From Octopus vulgaris (lineage: Eukaryota), in NCBI GenBank assembly GCA_951406725.2, contig OX597826.1, forward strand, positions 42,656,001 through 42,720,000: a stretch of 64,000 bases of DNA. Reading direction: 5' to 3'. A model generated the notes under the pieces. It saw only the letters and a list, made by a program, of their open reading frames with translations, did not search any database and had not been told where the DNA came from. A program made the position numbers and the translations under genes. How positions within the stretch are numbered: position 1 is the stretch's first letter; each line of letters opens with the position of its first letter. Shown here piece after piece: positions 1 through 13,500 of this stretch.

Positions 1-96
1 ATTAAGTAACAGCATGATAGATATTTTTGCTTTCTTTTCTCATCAGCATTATTTAGTTATCTTACGAAGTTAAAAAGATATTTCTCTGTTTATTTT

Positions 97-99
<3 letters not shown>

Positions 100-158
<59 letters not shown>
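100..158. repeat. (TA)n microsatellite
   Basis: Direct reading. Confidence 0.95.
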
Positions 159-161
<3 letters not shown>

Positions 162-1146
162 GCATACAAGTAGGCAGCCCAAGTGGCAGAGACGAAAGAT
201 TGCCCAAGTAATTGTAAACTGACAACTCTTATTTAAAAGTTTTACGGATAATGTGTGTGTGTACACGAAATGCTCTATTTTCTTTGATGCAAGCTTCATA
301 ATTTTACTCAATGATACTGTTGAGAAATGACGGTCGTGAGAGCCTACTTTTAAGCAATTACTTGTTCGTTTCGCTTACTCTGAATAGCCATGTCTATTTT
401 TGCATATTCCCGGTTTCATATATAACCTCGCACTTATATGTCCCTAAAGTGAAAGATTGGTTTGTATTGTTCTATTCGTCTTTCAGTTTTTAGGATGGTG
501 GTCGTAAGATGTGTGACCTGAGGGAGAATTTACTGCTATTTCTAGTATAGTGAGGGATCACATAACCATTCTTTCTCATCGGTTGTTGGGAGTTCTACTC
601 CACTGAAGTCTCGTCTGTTGGTTTGTTTAATCTCGTGAAGGTGAGACTTGAGACGTGAAGCTGTTTCCCTTCAACGCCATGTTGTAAACTGTGTGTTGTG
701 GGACCTTTACAATATATATATATATGTATACATACATATGTATATATATATTTTATAAAACAACACCATCAGCATCATACTGTTAGGGCTTTTTTTTTTC
801 AAAGAGAAAACAAGAAGAAAACCCTAACAAAACCATGTGATAATTGTACTTTATATTATTATACTATCCAAACAAGAAAAGGACATCTTGTGTGTGCAAC
901 ATTGCAGTTACCTACTACCGACTCATTTTACATCATCGTTGAATTTTTACCGAAAAGATACATATTACATAACATAAACAGCATAATATAATATTATACA
1001 TGCTACATATATGTCCGAATAGCACTTAATTTATTTGCTCTATAACATTAAACACACACATACACTTCCAAAACTTCACCTGGTTCCCTATTTATTTTTA
1101 CCGCCACAGGTTTACTCATTTCCCTCTCTCTACATACATACACTTC

Positions 1147-1150
<4 letters not shown>

Positions 1151-1221
<71 letters not shown>
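1151..1221. repeat. (TA)n microsatellite about 140 bp upstream of the start codon
   Basis: Direct reading. Confidence 0.95.
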
Positions 1222-1225
<4 letters not shown>

Positions 1226-1363
1226 CCCCCGTCCTTCATTTAATTTTCCATTACCTTATTGAGATATATATATAGAGAGAGATAGATAGATATATATGCC
1301 TTTTGTTGTTGGTTGTACCTGTACAACCTGACTCCGATCGGAAAAGTGGGAGCAAGGAAAAAG

Positions 1364-1422
1364 ATGATTATCGAAAATGTGGAGGCTTTGAAAACTTGGT
1401 TGACAAAAACCCTTTCCCCCAT
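1364..1422 (+). CDS. RBM26: RBM26/27 coding exon 1 (PWI start)
   Basis: AAAGATG start, MIIENVEALKTWLTKTLSP, donor GTAAGC at 1423, phase 2. Confidence 0.93.
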
Positions 1423-4400
1423 GTAAGCATCTTTTCAATATTCTCTTTTGTATTTTGACAATTGATCTTCGTTATGTTTTGTCTACATTTCAACATCTAG
1501 TCTCATATCTATGTATTTATGTATAGGCAGTTTGTGGTGTGTTGTTTAATCCAAGGTCAGCTTTGATCGAGCAAACTTGATCAAAGGTGTTCCCCCAGCC
1601 ACTACTATAGTTTTTTGGGTTTTTTTCAAACACAACAGCATGTACCTAGAACTGCCACAACCAACATGTCCTTTTTTGTGTTGTGTAGAAAGCATGCTGA
1701 GATTAAAGGTAAATTTAACTATTATTTCTAACAGAGCAATCGACCACGTTGAAGTCTTTCTGCCGGTTCGAACAACCGGTTGTGTAGCTCCGATCCAGCA
1801 GACTCATAATCGAAAGCTCTAAGGTGTGATTTGAGGACTCTGCTGCTATTTCTGATTTAACAGGTCAAACGTTTTTACTCTAAGGTAGAAGCTGTCCTCG
1901 CTACATTTAAAATAATGCTTAGTGGCGTCACAAATATTGTTCCAAATGCCCAAATATTAAGGGGACATGATTTACTAAAAACCTTAACCCCAAATCGACC
2001 TTGATCGCGCATACCTATATCCCAAAGCATTCTACTTATGGCCATATCGGTAGTATATGTACTCCAGAGTGATGCATCAATTTACCCCTTCCATTTTTTT
2101 TAAGCAGCAGAATGATTTGAGGTGGGAGCTATGCTGCTGTTTCTAGCGATTCAGTCGACTTCGTTGGCTTGTGGTGTTGAGCATTGTATCAGGCCTTGTG
2201 GTGTCTGATAGATTTTCTGGACATGACTGTCACGTTTAATTTCTAGACATATGTATCTAGGATTGCACTGCCGATTACACGGTATATTGTGATTTGAGAG
2301 ATATTTTTAGTAAATCTAGTATGTCGAAGCTTCTTCGTAGGAGATGGTTGACACTTCATTGGGAATGTCTTTTATATTCGTTGCGGAAAGAAAAATCCTC
2401 TTTTGGGATAGAGGGATGTTTGTGATTGAACTGCAGTTGTTAAAATAAGGTCTTGACTAGTGGTGGAAAAGGTAGATTAACAGAAATAATTACGAAAGGT
2501 TCGACAGAGAAATCCAAGGACCACGTCTTCAGAGATGTGAGAGAATTATAGGTAGAAAAAAAAATTATCAAGAGAAGTAATTCCCCAGACATTCTTGATA
2601 CTAATATTTTTAAACATTCATGTATATCTTGAGCGCGTATTATATTATACATATATATATGATACAGTTTTATGGTAACGTCGTTATATTTTAAATTGAA
2701 ATTTTGCACTGATCTTTTTTGGTTTTTGGTTCCAACTCCCTTCCTTTCATTTTTATATTCGAATTTATTTTTGATAAATATTTCCATATAGTTTATGCGT
2801 ATGCTTGTCTAACCAAACCGAATCAACAAAAAAATATTCCTTGCACAGTGTTGATGAAACAGATACGAAAGGCGTTCTGTGAGTGACCACTCCATCTTTT
2901 TTAGTTAGAATTGTCTAGCTTTACATTATCACATTGTGTTCTTTCTTCTAAGACAGAAGAGTGTGATTTGAGAATTTGGTTGCAAGTCAAAGCGACAGAC
3001 AAGTTACATTTTCTTTTGTATATGTAACTGGCTGTGTCTGCCTATCAAAATATCTCTGTCGAACCCCCTCAAACCTGCTACAAATATTAGATCTCACTGT
3101 TTGATCCCTCCTACCAAACTCATATTAGTAACATTGCCAAAACTGCATTCCAAAGACTGAACTAGTGTTCTCTTTTAAGACCAAAAAAAAATACTTTCAG
3201 TTTTGATCAATTATTAATCCTTTATGAAGATGTAATGCAACCAACATCGAGGCCCTTTCAAAGTCTTAAAATCTTTCAACTAGTTGATTCTTTATAAACG
3301 CCTAGTATGACCCACATTAAAGTATGAGACACTGGTGTTGCTAACAACAACAAAAAACATCTCATTCCCCAAAACTCCATTGTCACCGACCCATATGTAT
3401 TGTTTCTGCTTTTCTGAATTAACAAACTTTGTGCTGACAACTCACCTTTACCTAATACATTTGCTTCTCTTTCATGCAAACTCTGTTTAGTCTCATACCC
3501 CTCCTCTACTAAATACTTTGTCCAATATTTCCTTCTCAGAAGGTCCAATCCTATGGACCATCCCTATCTCTGCATCTATCAGACTGTCTGATGACTACTT
3601 TTTTATGGTCACTCACCACACATTCGCATTCTACATAATATCCTTTTCCCTCCTCCTGGTCCTTATGACACGTTACGTCAGCTGAATAGTCAGTGCTCTG
3701 CTAGTTCTGTACTAACTATACTTGTCAATGCATAAAATCTTCATTGTTTTGAAATATCAGAAACACCTAGGCAGGTGATTAAGACCATCCTCTTAGATAT
3801 GCCCTTCTACATTTCACACTAAACAAAAATTCACAGCTTCCAATATTTTTTCCCAAGTTGTTCATTCATAGCTTTGCTGTAGCATTTCAAGAAAAGAACA
3901 TGGGCTACAATGTTTGGTAAACGCAACATGGCTTTTACTCAGCACTAGAACTCCTGCAAGACCATCATCCAAACCACAAAAAATGCTTCTATATATTGCA
4001 TAGGGGCATCCTTTTTTGTTTTGGATGATGTCTTGCCCCTTATTCTTTATGGTCCCTTTTTAAAAGGATCTCAGCTAAAATCCTCATTTCCTCCACTTTG
4101 TACCCATGTTGGCTGAGTGCATTGTATTCCTGTGAAGAAATACTCTGCTTTTGCTGTCCACACGTTACTCGGTAAATCTCCAAAAATTTCCTTTTCTATT
4201 CCCATAGAATCCTCATCACATACTTGGTATGCCAAAATCAAAAATACCTCCAGTTGCTTCAAATCAGCTGGACCACTGGTCCTAACAAATTCCCTTCCAT
4301 TCACCTCTAATATTATGCCCCAAAGCTAACACTTATTTTCACCAAACTCTTCGATGTATGTGTCTCTTTCTCTCTCCACAGGCATATATCCTTAATTTTA

Positions 4401-7400
4401 GAAACCTGCTAGTGTGTCCTTTTTATAAGAAAGGCAACCTTTCTAAACCTGTCAACTACTGTCCTGTATCTTTCACTTCCAATATCTCAAAGATAGAGAA
4501 AGTTATTAGCAACAACTTTCTCCTGCACTTTGAATCTCTTGTGCCTTAACAATAGTACTTTTGTGAAACCATATTTACCAGAGATCTATTCACTGATATC
4601 ACTCTCCTGTGGGCTCTCCCTCAAAACATTTAGTGAAAGCATTGTTATCCTTAACATTAGCAAAGCTCTCAACTATGTTTGATATATGTATCACTGGTAT
4701 GCTTGCATATATTCTCTATCCATCTCATTCAGTCAGATTTGACTATAGAGTGGTATATTACTCTTCATTCCTCTCTTAACCTTCTGTACCTAACTACCAT
4801 CTTAGAGACTGTACCTGATCTTAGAGACTATATTGTCATGAACAGTTACTATGAAAACATCTGTCAATGATATGACGTGTTGCATAAAAACGCAGTTTCT
4901 GCATATTTCAAGAAAACATTGCCTAGAACATGAACACTCATGATCACTTCAAATGCTAGTTGCATCATTACTGAAGATTTCTCTTGGCCAAGGCTGCATC
5001 TCAAAGAGTAATTTTTATCCCTCTTCAGAACCAAAAAATTACTTTAGTTCCCTCTTCCTAGCAATAACTAACCCTCTACAAAACTCAAGTGAGCTCAACA
5101 GTGAGGTAATACTCCCACATCTGGATGGGGGGTGTTGTGATACATATAGAGATCAAAAGAAAGACCACTTGAAAGATTGGTGTAAAAGTTCTACACTAAC
5201 ATAGTCTCTAACCCCTTTCTACTTCTTCATCAATGGCCTCTGTCCTACTGAGCTGGTTAATCTCATGCCATTCCAGCTTAATCTTATTAAACTCTATCAT
5301 CTCTCCTGTCTTGTCACCTATAATGAGCCCTCCTGTCCACATCCTAATGCTGCACTAACCATTTTACTTGGTCTTTATGTTCTGAGTTCAAATTCTGCTG
5401 AAGTTGACTTTGCCTGTCATCCTTTCCGGGTTGATAAAATAAGTACCAGTCGAACACTGGGGCTCTGATATAATTGACTTATCCTCTCCCTTAAAATTGC
5501 TGGCCTTGTGCCAAAATCTGAAATCTATTCATTTCTCCTTCATTACTTCAGTTCACCTAGTTGCAGAAACTATGTGTCTTCTTTTCATCTTTTACTTCTT
5601 TTAGTCATTGGACTGCAGCCCTGGTGGGGCACTGCCTTGAAGGGATTTTGTCAAATAAATTGACTCTAGTACACATTCTATCAGGGTTTTTTTTTTTTTT
5701 TTTTGCTGAATTCTTAAGCTATGGCTATATAAACAAACCAACACTGGTTGCCAAGCAGTGTAGCAGGACAAATGCAAACACACACACACATAAATGAAGG
5801 GCTGCCACACAGTTTCTGTCTACCATATCCATTCATAAAGCATTGGTTGGTCTGGGGCTATAGTAGAAGACACTTACACAAAGTACTACACAGTGAGACT
5901 GAACTTGAAACCATGTGGTTGTAAAGCAGGCTCCTTAACCCTTTCGTTACCAACCCGACTGAAACCGGCTCTGGTTCTGTAGTACAAATATTTGTTTTCT
6001 TAAGTTTTGAATTAAAATCTTTCACTAAACCTTAGTCACAATTTATGTTCCTAACACTAGCTTAATGATAACTAAGTTATTTTACTAAATTCTTTGTTAT
6101 ATTTAAAGTAATTGGAAAAAACACAGAGCATCTCAAAATAAATACAGTAACGAAAGGGTTAACCACGTAGTCATACCTGCATTTATAACCATGCCTTTTT
6201 TGAGAAGTTAGCTGCAATAGGACCAGCATCTTATCCAGGGAAAAGAATTATTGCCAAACACTGTTACAAAAACAGAGTTAGCTTTATTTATGGATCATTA
6301 TCATTAATGTTGATGTTTTTGTTTAACCCCAGTAGACCTATCACCAGAATTCAACTTGTGGTTGTCTCTATAATTTTTTTTAAGGTTAAGAGTATTTCAG
6401 ACTGCAATATCAACAATACATATTTTTTGGTAAGGTGTGAGTTGAGTGAGGTTTTGTTGCTATTTCTAGCACATCAAGCAATCACATAGTGGTTTCCTCT
6501 TTGGCTTCTGTTTTATATTTTTTATTGTAGACTTTGCTGATTGTCTTTTGCTTATGTCCCAACTATTTGTTGTTAATGTGTTCTTATGACTTTATATTTT
6601 ATGTTATTTTTCTACTCCGTTGTTTATATCACAAATAATTTTCTACTTTTAACTTTTAAATCACATATTTATGGACAGATGTTTATATTTGTCTCTGTAA
6701 TTAGGTTATATTCTATTTGTATAATGTTTTGTAAATATGTCAGATGAGGAAAGTCTGTGCTTGTGACATCTTGATATATCTGCATGTGTGTGTGTGTGTT
6801 TATATATATATATATACACACACACATCGTTGTTTTAGCATCTACTTTTCCATGTTTGCATGGTTAGACGAAATTTTTACAGGCAGATTTTCTACCTCTA
6901 GGTGCTCTTTCTGTCACTAACCCTCACCTATTTCCAAATAAGTTAATATTTTCCTCCCAGTCTAGGTATGTTTGTATAGAACATTTCAAATACCGCCACT
7001 TATATGATGACGATACTTGCATTGTCAGGACAAGGACATGCAGGCACACACATATATACACACACATACAACTAGCTTCATTTCAGTGTCCATTTAGCAA
7101 GTTTGTTCGCAAGGCTTTGGTTGTCTTGTGGCTATTGTTGAAGACACTTGCCCAAGAGGTGATGTGAGATTGAATCCCAAACCATATGGATTCAAAGTGA
7201 ACTTCTAAGCCATACAGCCGTGTTTGTGCTTATATATACATACATATATCACGTGATCAAGTGACCGACCAGACCATCAGATGTTGTTACACATTGCTGG
7301 TCAGAATGCGTTCGCATTGTTTTAGCCTTCGAATGACGCCACCCCGCTGGCTAAGCGAGCAGGCCAAACAGAAGAAAGAGTGGTGAAAGAGTACAGCAGG

Positions 7401-7540
7401 GATCACCACCCCCTGCCGGAGCCTCGTGGAGATTTTAAGTGTTTTCGCTCAATAAACACTCACAACGCCCGGTCTGGGAATCGAAACCGCGATCCTATGA
7501 CCGCGAGTCCGCTGCCCTAACTACTGGGCCATTGCGCCTC

Positions 7541-7585
<45 letters not shown>

Positions 7586-10500
7586 ATGTGTTGTAAACAT
7601 CATCTTCATGTCCTGTTTTCTATGCTAACAAATTGGACAAGACTTGTTGAGGCGTGTTTTTTCATTGCATGACCTTCCTGTCACCTACCCTTTGTTGCCT
7701 GCTATGACAAGTAGAGATACAGTGTGCTTTGTATAAATACACACACACACACTCACACACACACACACACTCACACACACATATATTCTCTCTTTCTCTC
7801 TTTTACTTGTTTCAGTCATTTGACTGCGGCCATGCTGGAGCACCGCCTTTAGTCGAGCAAATCGACCCCGGGACTTATTCTTTGTAAGCCCAGTACTTAT
7901 TCTATCGGTCTGTTTTGCCGAACCGCTAAGTAACGGGGACGTAAACACACCAGCATCGGTTGTCAAGCAATGCTAGGGGGACAAACACAGACACACAAAC
8001 ATATACACACACACATATATATATATACATATATACGACAGGCTTCTTTCAGTTTCCGTCTACCAAATCCACTCACAAGGCATTGGTCGGCCCGGGGCTA
8101 TAGCAGAAGACACTTGCCCAAGGTGCCACGCAGTGGGACTGAACCCGGAACCATGTGGTTGATATTACATATACATACATACATACATATATGTATGTGT
8201 GTGTGTGCAGACATGGCTGTATAGTTAAAAAGTTTGCTTCTCAGTTATATTTATGGTTTTAAGTTCAGTCTCACTGTGCCCATTGCAGGCAAGTGTATTC
8301 TACTGAAGTCTCGAGCCGGTCACAGTAGATTTGGTTGATGGAAACCAAAAGAAGGCCTTGATGTATGTGGTGTATGTGGGTGTTTGTGCTTCTTTGCCAT
8401 GACATAATGTGATACTTATAAATAAGTGGTATCATTTGTTTCCAATCTTCTGTACAAGCATGTCCAGCTATGGAGAATATTACCTTGTTAGGGAACAGAT
8501 GAGGGTTGCCAACAGGGGGACATCTGCTTTGATTTGATAAATTCCATCAGACATGCGAGTAAAGTAAAGTAGATGTTAAAATGATATTCCTGCTACCAAA
8601 TTCTAATTGCATAGCATTGTTCGATTCAATGTTATGACTGAAGATACTTTCTCAGAGTGCTATGCAGTAGTATGAAACCCAGTACTGCGTGGCTGTAAAG
8701 CAAATTTAGCCACAGCCAAACTTGTAGCTTATGTAGTGTCTTCTTTTACAATGTTGCTTGACCCCATATCAGTGTAGATTTTGAGTAGGTTTATGGTCGA
8801 AAACATCCAAACCTTGACTACCCTGTCATTTGTAGTTGGAAGTATCTAGAACTACATTGTGAAATGTTATTCTTGCCTTGTTTAACCCTTTAGCATTTAA
8901 ACTGGCCATATCCGGCCAAAATATTCTACTGGTTTTATGTTCAAATCAGCTAAATCTAGCCTCTCATATTTACGCTACAATGTTATTTTTAAAATAACCA
9001 ATCACTGAAATCTGGAAGCTATGAGATAATGCATTATTGATAAAAAATAGTATGAATAAACAAGCATTACATTTGACAGAGTAATGTGAATGTTAAAGGA
9101 TTAAGGCTATAAGATGTGATTTGGAGGGGGTTTTGCTGCTGTTTCTAGCGAGTCAAATGACTGTAGAATCTCTCATTTGCAACCTTTTGTTGTATTTGTG
9201 TATAATGGGTAATAATTGAATTTGTGTATAGTGGGTAATAAATTGAATTTCATGACTTTTGTTTCCTTCCTTCATAGATGTGATGCTGACCCTGCCGCTC
9301 TTGCTAAATATGTAGTTGCACTTGTGAAGAAAGATAAACCTGAAAACGAACTAAATGACAATCTCATCGATCAACTTGACGTCTTCCTCCAACAGAGTAA
9401 GTTGATTTTATAACTGTCAGTGCATCTGGTGTTGCCCGGGTGTTATGACCTACAGCCACATTGTATTATTTGTTTCTTTCGTATGGGCAGAATCGGCTCA
9501 CGAGGAGTGTGGAGCAAACAACTCTTCTTTATAAACATGTTTTCTGGTCATTTTGTAATGAACAATGCTGAAATTGATGACACCGAAAACATGTAGAATG
9601 GCAGCTTAGATTAGAATGAAATCCTAACATTGTCCCCAAAATGACCTAAACTTACAGATGTAAAGAATTGAATGACATATGAGGGCACAGAGGTGTCTGT
9701 ATTACAGAAAGTAAGGTACATGGAAAGAAAACTACTTCATTGTGAAAAGCACCGTCTCTGTAATGTTTGGGCAGACTGCACACTTCAACATATGTTAAGT
9801 GAAGCATAATGCATTTTGTTAGCTAGTATACTGGTGTAATGGAAGTTATTGTTTGTCCAGAAGTGAAGTGGGTGGGGTATAGTTTGCATGAAAGTGATTT
9901 ATGTTCTTAAGAAGAATCACAAACTATGTACTGTTTCATCAAATAAAAGGGGTTAATATGATTTTGCCCAGAAATCACGTTTTCAAAATTATAATTTCCC
10001 CACTCCCCATCAGAATTTCCTAATTTTTAACAGTTTTTCAAGTTTTGTTTTTTATCCATGTGGAAAAATACAGAGATTACGAATCTAGGAAATAAAATTT
10101 GCTTTTCAAAGTTTTATTTTTCTGAAAGAAATACTGAATACTCCTTCCCCCACCTCAGCTACCTGCTTTTGGGTGAAATGTAAATCTTCTGAATGGAAAA
10201 CATAGGGATGTAAGTAAATTGCGGAAAGAAATAAGGGAGGGAGGGGTATGCAAATGTCATCTTGGTCATGCCAGAAACAGCAAATAAAGGACAGGATTTC
10301 TGGGATAATTTCCTTTTAAGTTTAAGTGAAAGATCAGGTTTTGAAATATGCTCATCACAAATAGGATTAACAGAATAGAAAAAGGTAATTTCCCTAGAAT
10401 TTGAGCTGTAACTGTGTGTGTGTGCCAAAGGAAGTTATTTTTGCATACCTTTCTTAATTCCAAAAGAAGGAAATGAAGTTAGTGAAGTTGTAAACATGTT

Positions 10501-13500
10501 GGCAGCATGAGGTTTCCATACATTATAATAAGAAATTGAAAGAGGGAGATAATGCCTAATTCTACACATGCATTGAAACATGGGACGATAATGAAAATGA
10601 CCTGAAAATTGTGCTATCTGATCTCGTTTCTGGGGTTTTCAGCATCTCTTTCTCTCCCACTTTCCCCCTCCTTTTGTGCCTGCTTTCTTTCACCTTCACC
10701 TGTAGAAACTTGTTTTCTGTCTCTGTTTCTTTCTCTTGTCTCCCTGTCTTTTTCTCATTCTGTGTTTCTGTCGCTCATTCCGTAAAAATTTATTTCTTTA
10801 TGCTTTGAAAAGAGCAGAAATTATAAGAAAAGAGAAATCAAAAAGGGGAGAAAGAGCAGAAAATGAAAGATGTATGTACGTGTATATGAAATGGACATGT
10901 GTGCGAGAGAGTGAATGAGTGAAGGTGTGTGTCATGATGATGGATGTCGTTTAAGGTACACTCTCAGAAAATGTGATGTCATCGTCATATAAAATGTTTA
11001 TGATAGTTGACTTATGGGAAAGATTATGATGTAAAATTTTGTAATGCAAATATGTGAATGAAAATAAAGTTTAGTTGGTAACCGAAATAGTACCTTCATC
11101 ATTCATACCAGGTCACAAGCAAGCTGAGTGTATATAATTTATCAATGTTTTAATCGATGTAAGTATATGTCTTGTCGATAGTTGACAACTGATATATATA
11201 ACAAAATTGTGCAGGAATGGCTGGATGGTAAAGAAGTTTGCCTCACTCAAGTAGTGTTTGATTTGATCCAACTGTTTGTCACCTTGAGCAAGTTTTTTTT
11301 TTTTTACCATAGCTAGAATTGACCCAAGCTTTGTGTGAATGAAATTAAGTAGATGGAAAGAGCAGAAGCCTGTTAGATTGTCAGTACCTCTAAATCAAAG
11401 GGTTGAGTTTGTCACTGTGTGATGCTGAAGGTACAATTAGTGTGTAAAATTCATCCATTTATTATAATACAAAATGAAGGATTGTACCTGTAATTGAAAT
11501 AGCCAGTCATAATACACTGAGCCTGTCTGAGATTTATGTTAAAGGTAATCATAATTGTGGCTAATCCAGTGTCACATAACTGGCTCCCATGCCGGTGGCA
11601 CGTAAAAAAGCATCTATTAAACTCTTGAAGTGGTTGGCATTAGGATGGGCATCCAGGCATAGAAACCATGCTGAATTAGATTGGAACTTGGTGCAGCTCT
11701 CCAGCTTATCAGTTTCTGTCAAACTGTCTCATCCATGCCAGCATAGAAAGCAGACACTAAATGATGATGATGATACAAATAGCTGGAATACTACTCATTT
11801 ACTTTATGATCTTAATCGAATAGGTAATTCTGTTTATCAAAGGAGTGGCTGTGTGGTAAGTAGCTTGCTTACCAAGCACATGGTTCCAAGTTCAGTCTCA
11901 CTGCGTGGCACCTTTGGCAAGTGACTTCTACTATAGCCTTGGGCCAACCAAAGCTTTGTGAGTGGATTTGGGAAACTAAAAGAAGCCCGTCATATATATG
12001 TATATATATGTCTGTGTTTGTGTATTCCCCCCAACATCGCTTGACAACTGATGCTGGTTTGTTTATGTCCCCGTAACTTAGCAGTTTGGCAAAAGAAACT
12101 GATAGAATAAGTACTAGGCTTACAAAGAATAAGTCCTGGGGTTGATTTGCTCAACTAAAGGCAGTGCTCCAGCATGGCCGCAGTCAAATGACTGAAACGA
12201 GTAAAAGAGCAAAAGAGAGAGAGAGAGTAAACAGCTACAAAACTTTTAGTCAATACCAGTGTGAAATCCTCTCCATAACTATTTACTTAACTCCTTTGCT
12301 TTCCATGGAGCAGAGGCAATCAATGGCCTTTCTCTACTCTTCTTCACTCTGGGCTGTTTTTCCTCCCCTTGATCTTCTTTGTTTTTAATTGTCATTGACA
12401 TTTCTGTAACTTCTTTTTTTCTATGTATGGATGTTGGCTCTTTGCAAATCCATTTCGACCTCTAAGGAGAGGTGGTCATATTAGCCTGGCCTCTATCCTT
12501 TGATCTGCTTGGCATGAAAGGCCCTATCAGGTGCTTGTACTCCATTAGCATAGCTCTCAGGCACACAAGCTACTACATCATCATCATCGCTCAACGTCTG
12601 CTTTCCATGCTAGCATGGGTTGGACGATTTGACTGAGGGCTGGCGAACCAGATGGTTGCACCAGGCTCCAATCTTGATCTGGCAGAGTTTTTACAGCTGG
12701 ATGCCCTTCCTAATGCCAACCACTCCTAGAGTGTAGTAGGTGCTTTTACATGCCACTGGCACGGGGGCCAGTCAGGTGGTACTGGCAATGACCTCGCTCG
12801 AATCTTTTTACACCTGCCACCTGCACAGGTGCCAGTAAGGTGACACTGGTAACGATCACGCTCGAATGGTGCCTTTTACGTGCCACCGGCATGGAAGCCA
12901 GTTAGCCACTCTGGCAACGATCATGCTCGGATGGTGCTCTTAGCACCCTACTAGCATGGTGCACAAATGCCAGTAAGGCGACGCTGGTAACAATCACACT
13001 TGAATAGTGCTTTTTATGTGCCACTGGCACGGAAGCTGGTTAGTCGCTCTGTCAACGATCACACTCATATGGTGCTCTTTGCACCCCGCTAGCACGGATG
13101 CCAGTCATCGAATTTGATTGCAACAAAAACTGGACCTTGTTGTAGTATCACTAAATATGAATTCTAATTATGTTTTGTTATTGTTGCAGGGACACGGACG
13201 TTTGTAGATGGTCTGTTTGAAGCTCTGAAGACAAAATCCTATATCACCAATTCTAGCAATGGTGTGTCATCTGTTGGTGTGTCTGTAGCGCCGACAAACA
13301 ATAACCAGACGACTAGTAACAGCCACTCTGGTAACAACAACACCACCACCACCAACAGCAGCAGCAATAACAATGTGGTGAATCAAATCAGCAACCACAG
13401 CACCACTTCAAGCAGTCAATCTTCTAGCAAGCTGGACAGAAAACGCAAAGTACCTGATGGATCAGATGTGGTGAGTACAGTATCTACACTCGGTGAATGT

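Noticed and set aside
96-1438. Short ORFs rich in YIYI or VCVC
   Set aside because: Translations of TA/CA microsatellites; the same applies to similar ORFs across the window.
2844-2881. Third hammerhead-like motif (cacagtg-TTGATGA-aacagatac-GAAA-ggcgtt-ctgtg)
   Set aside because: No stem II, uncompensated C3U, stem I out of register, and the sequence overlaps a decayed family D repeat.
7465-7543. Functional tRNA gene on the minus strand
   Set aside because: Acceptor and anticodon stems do not close properly and it continues into a SINE body.
12739-13105. CRISPR array
   Set aside because: Eukaryotic intron, no cas genes, spacers homologous to each other, and the array is internal to a dispersed retroelement.
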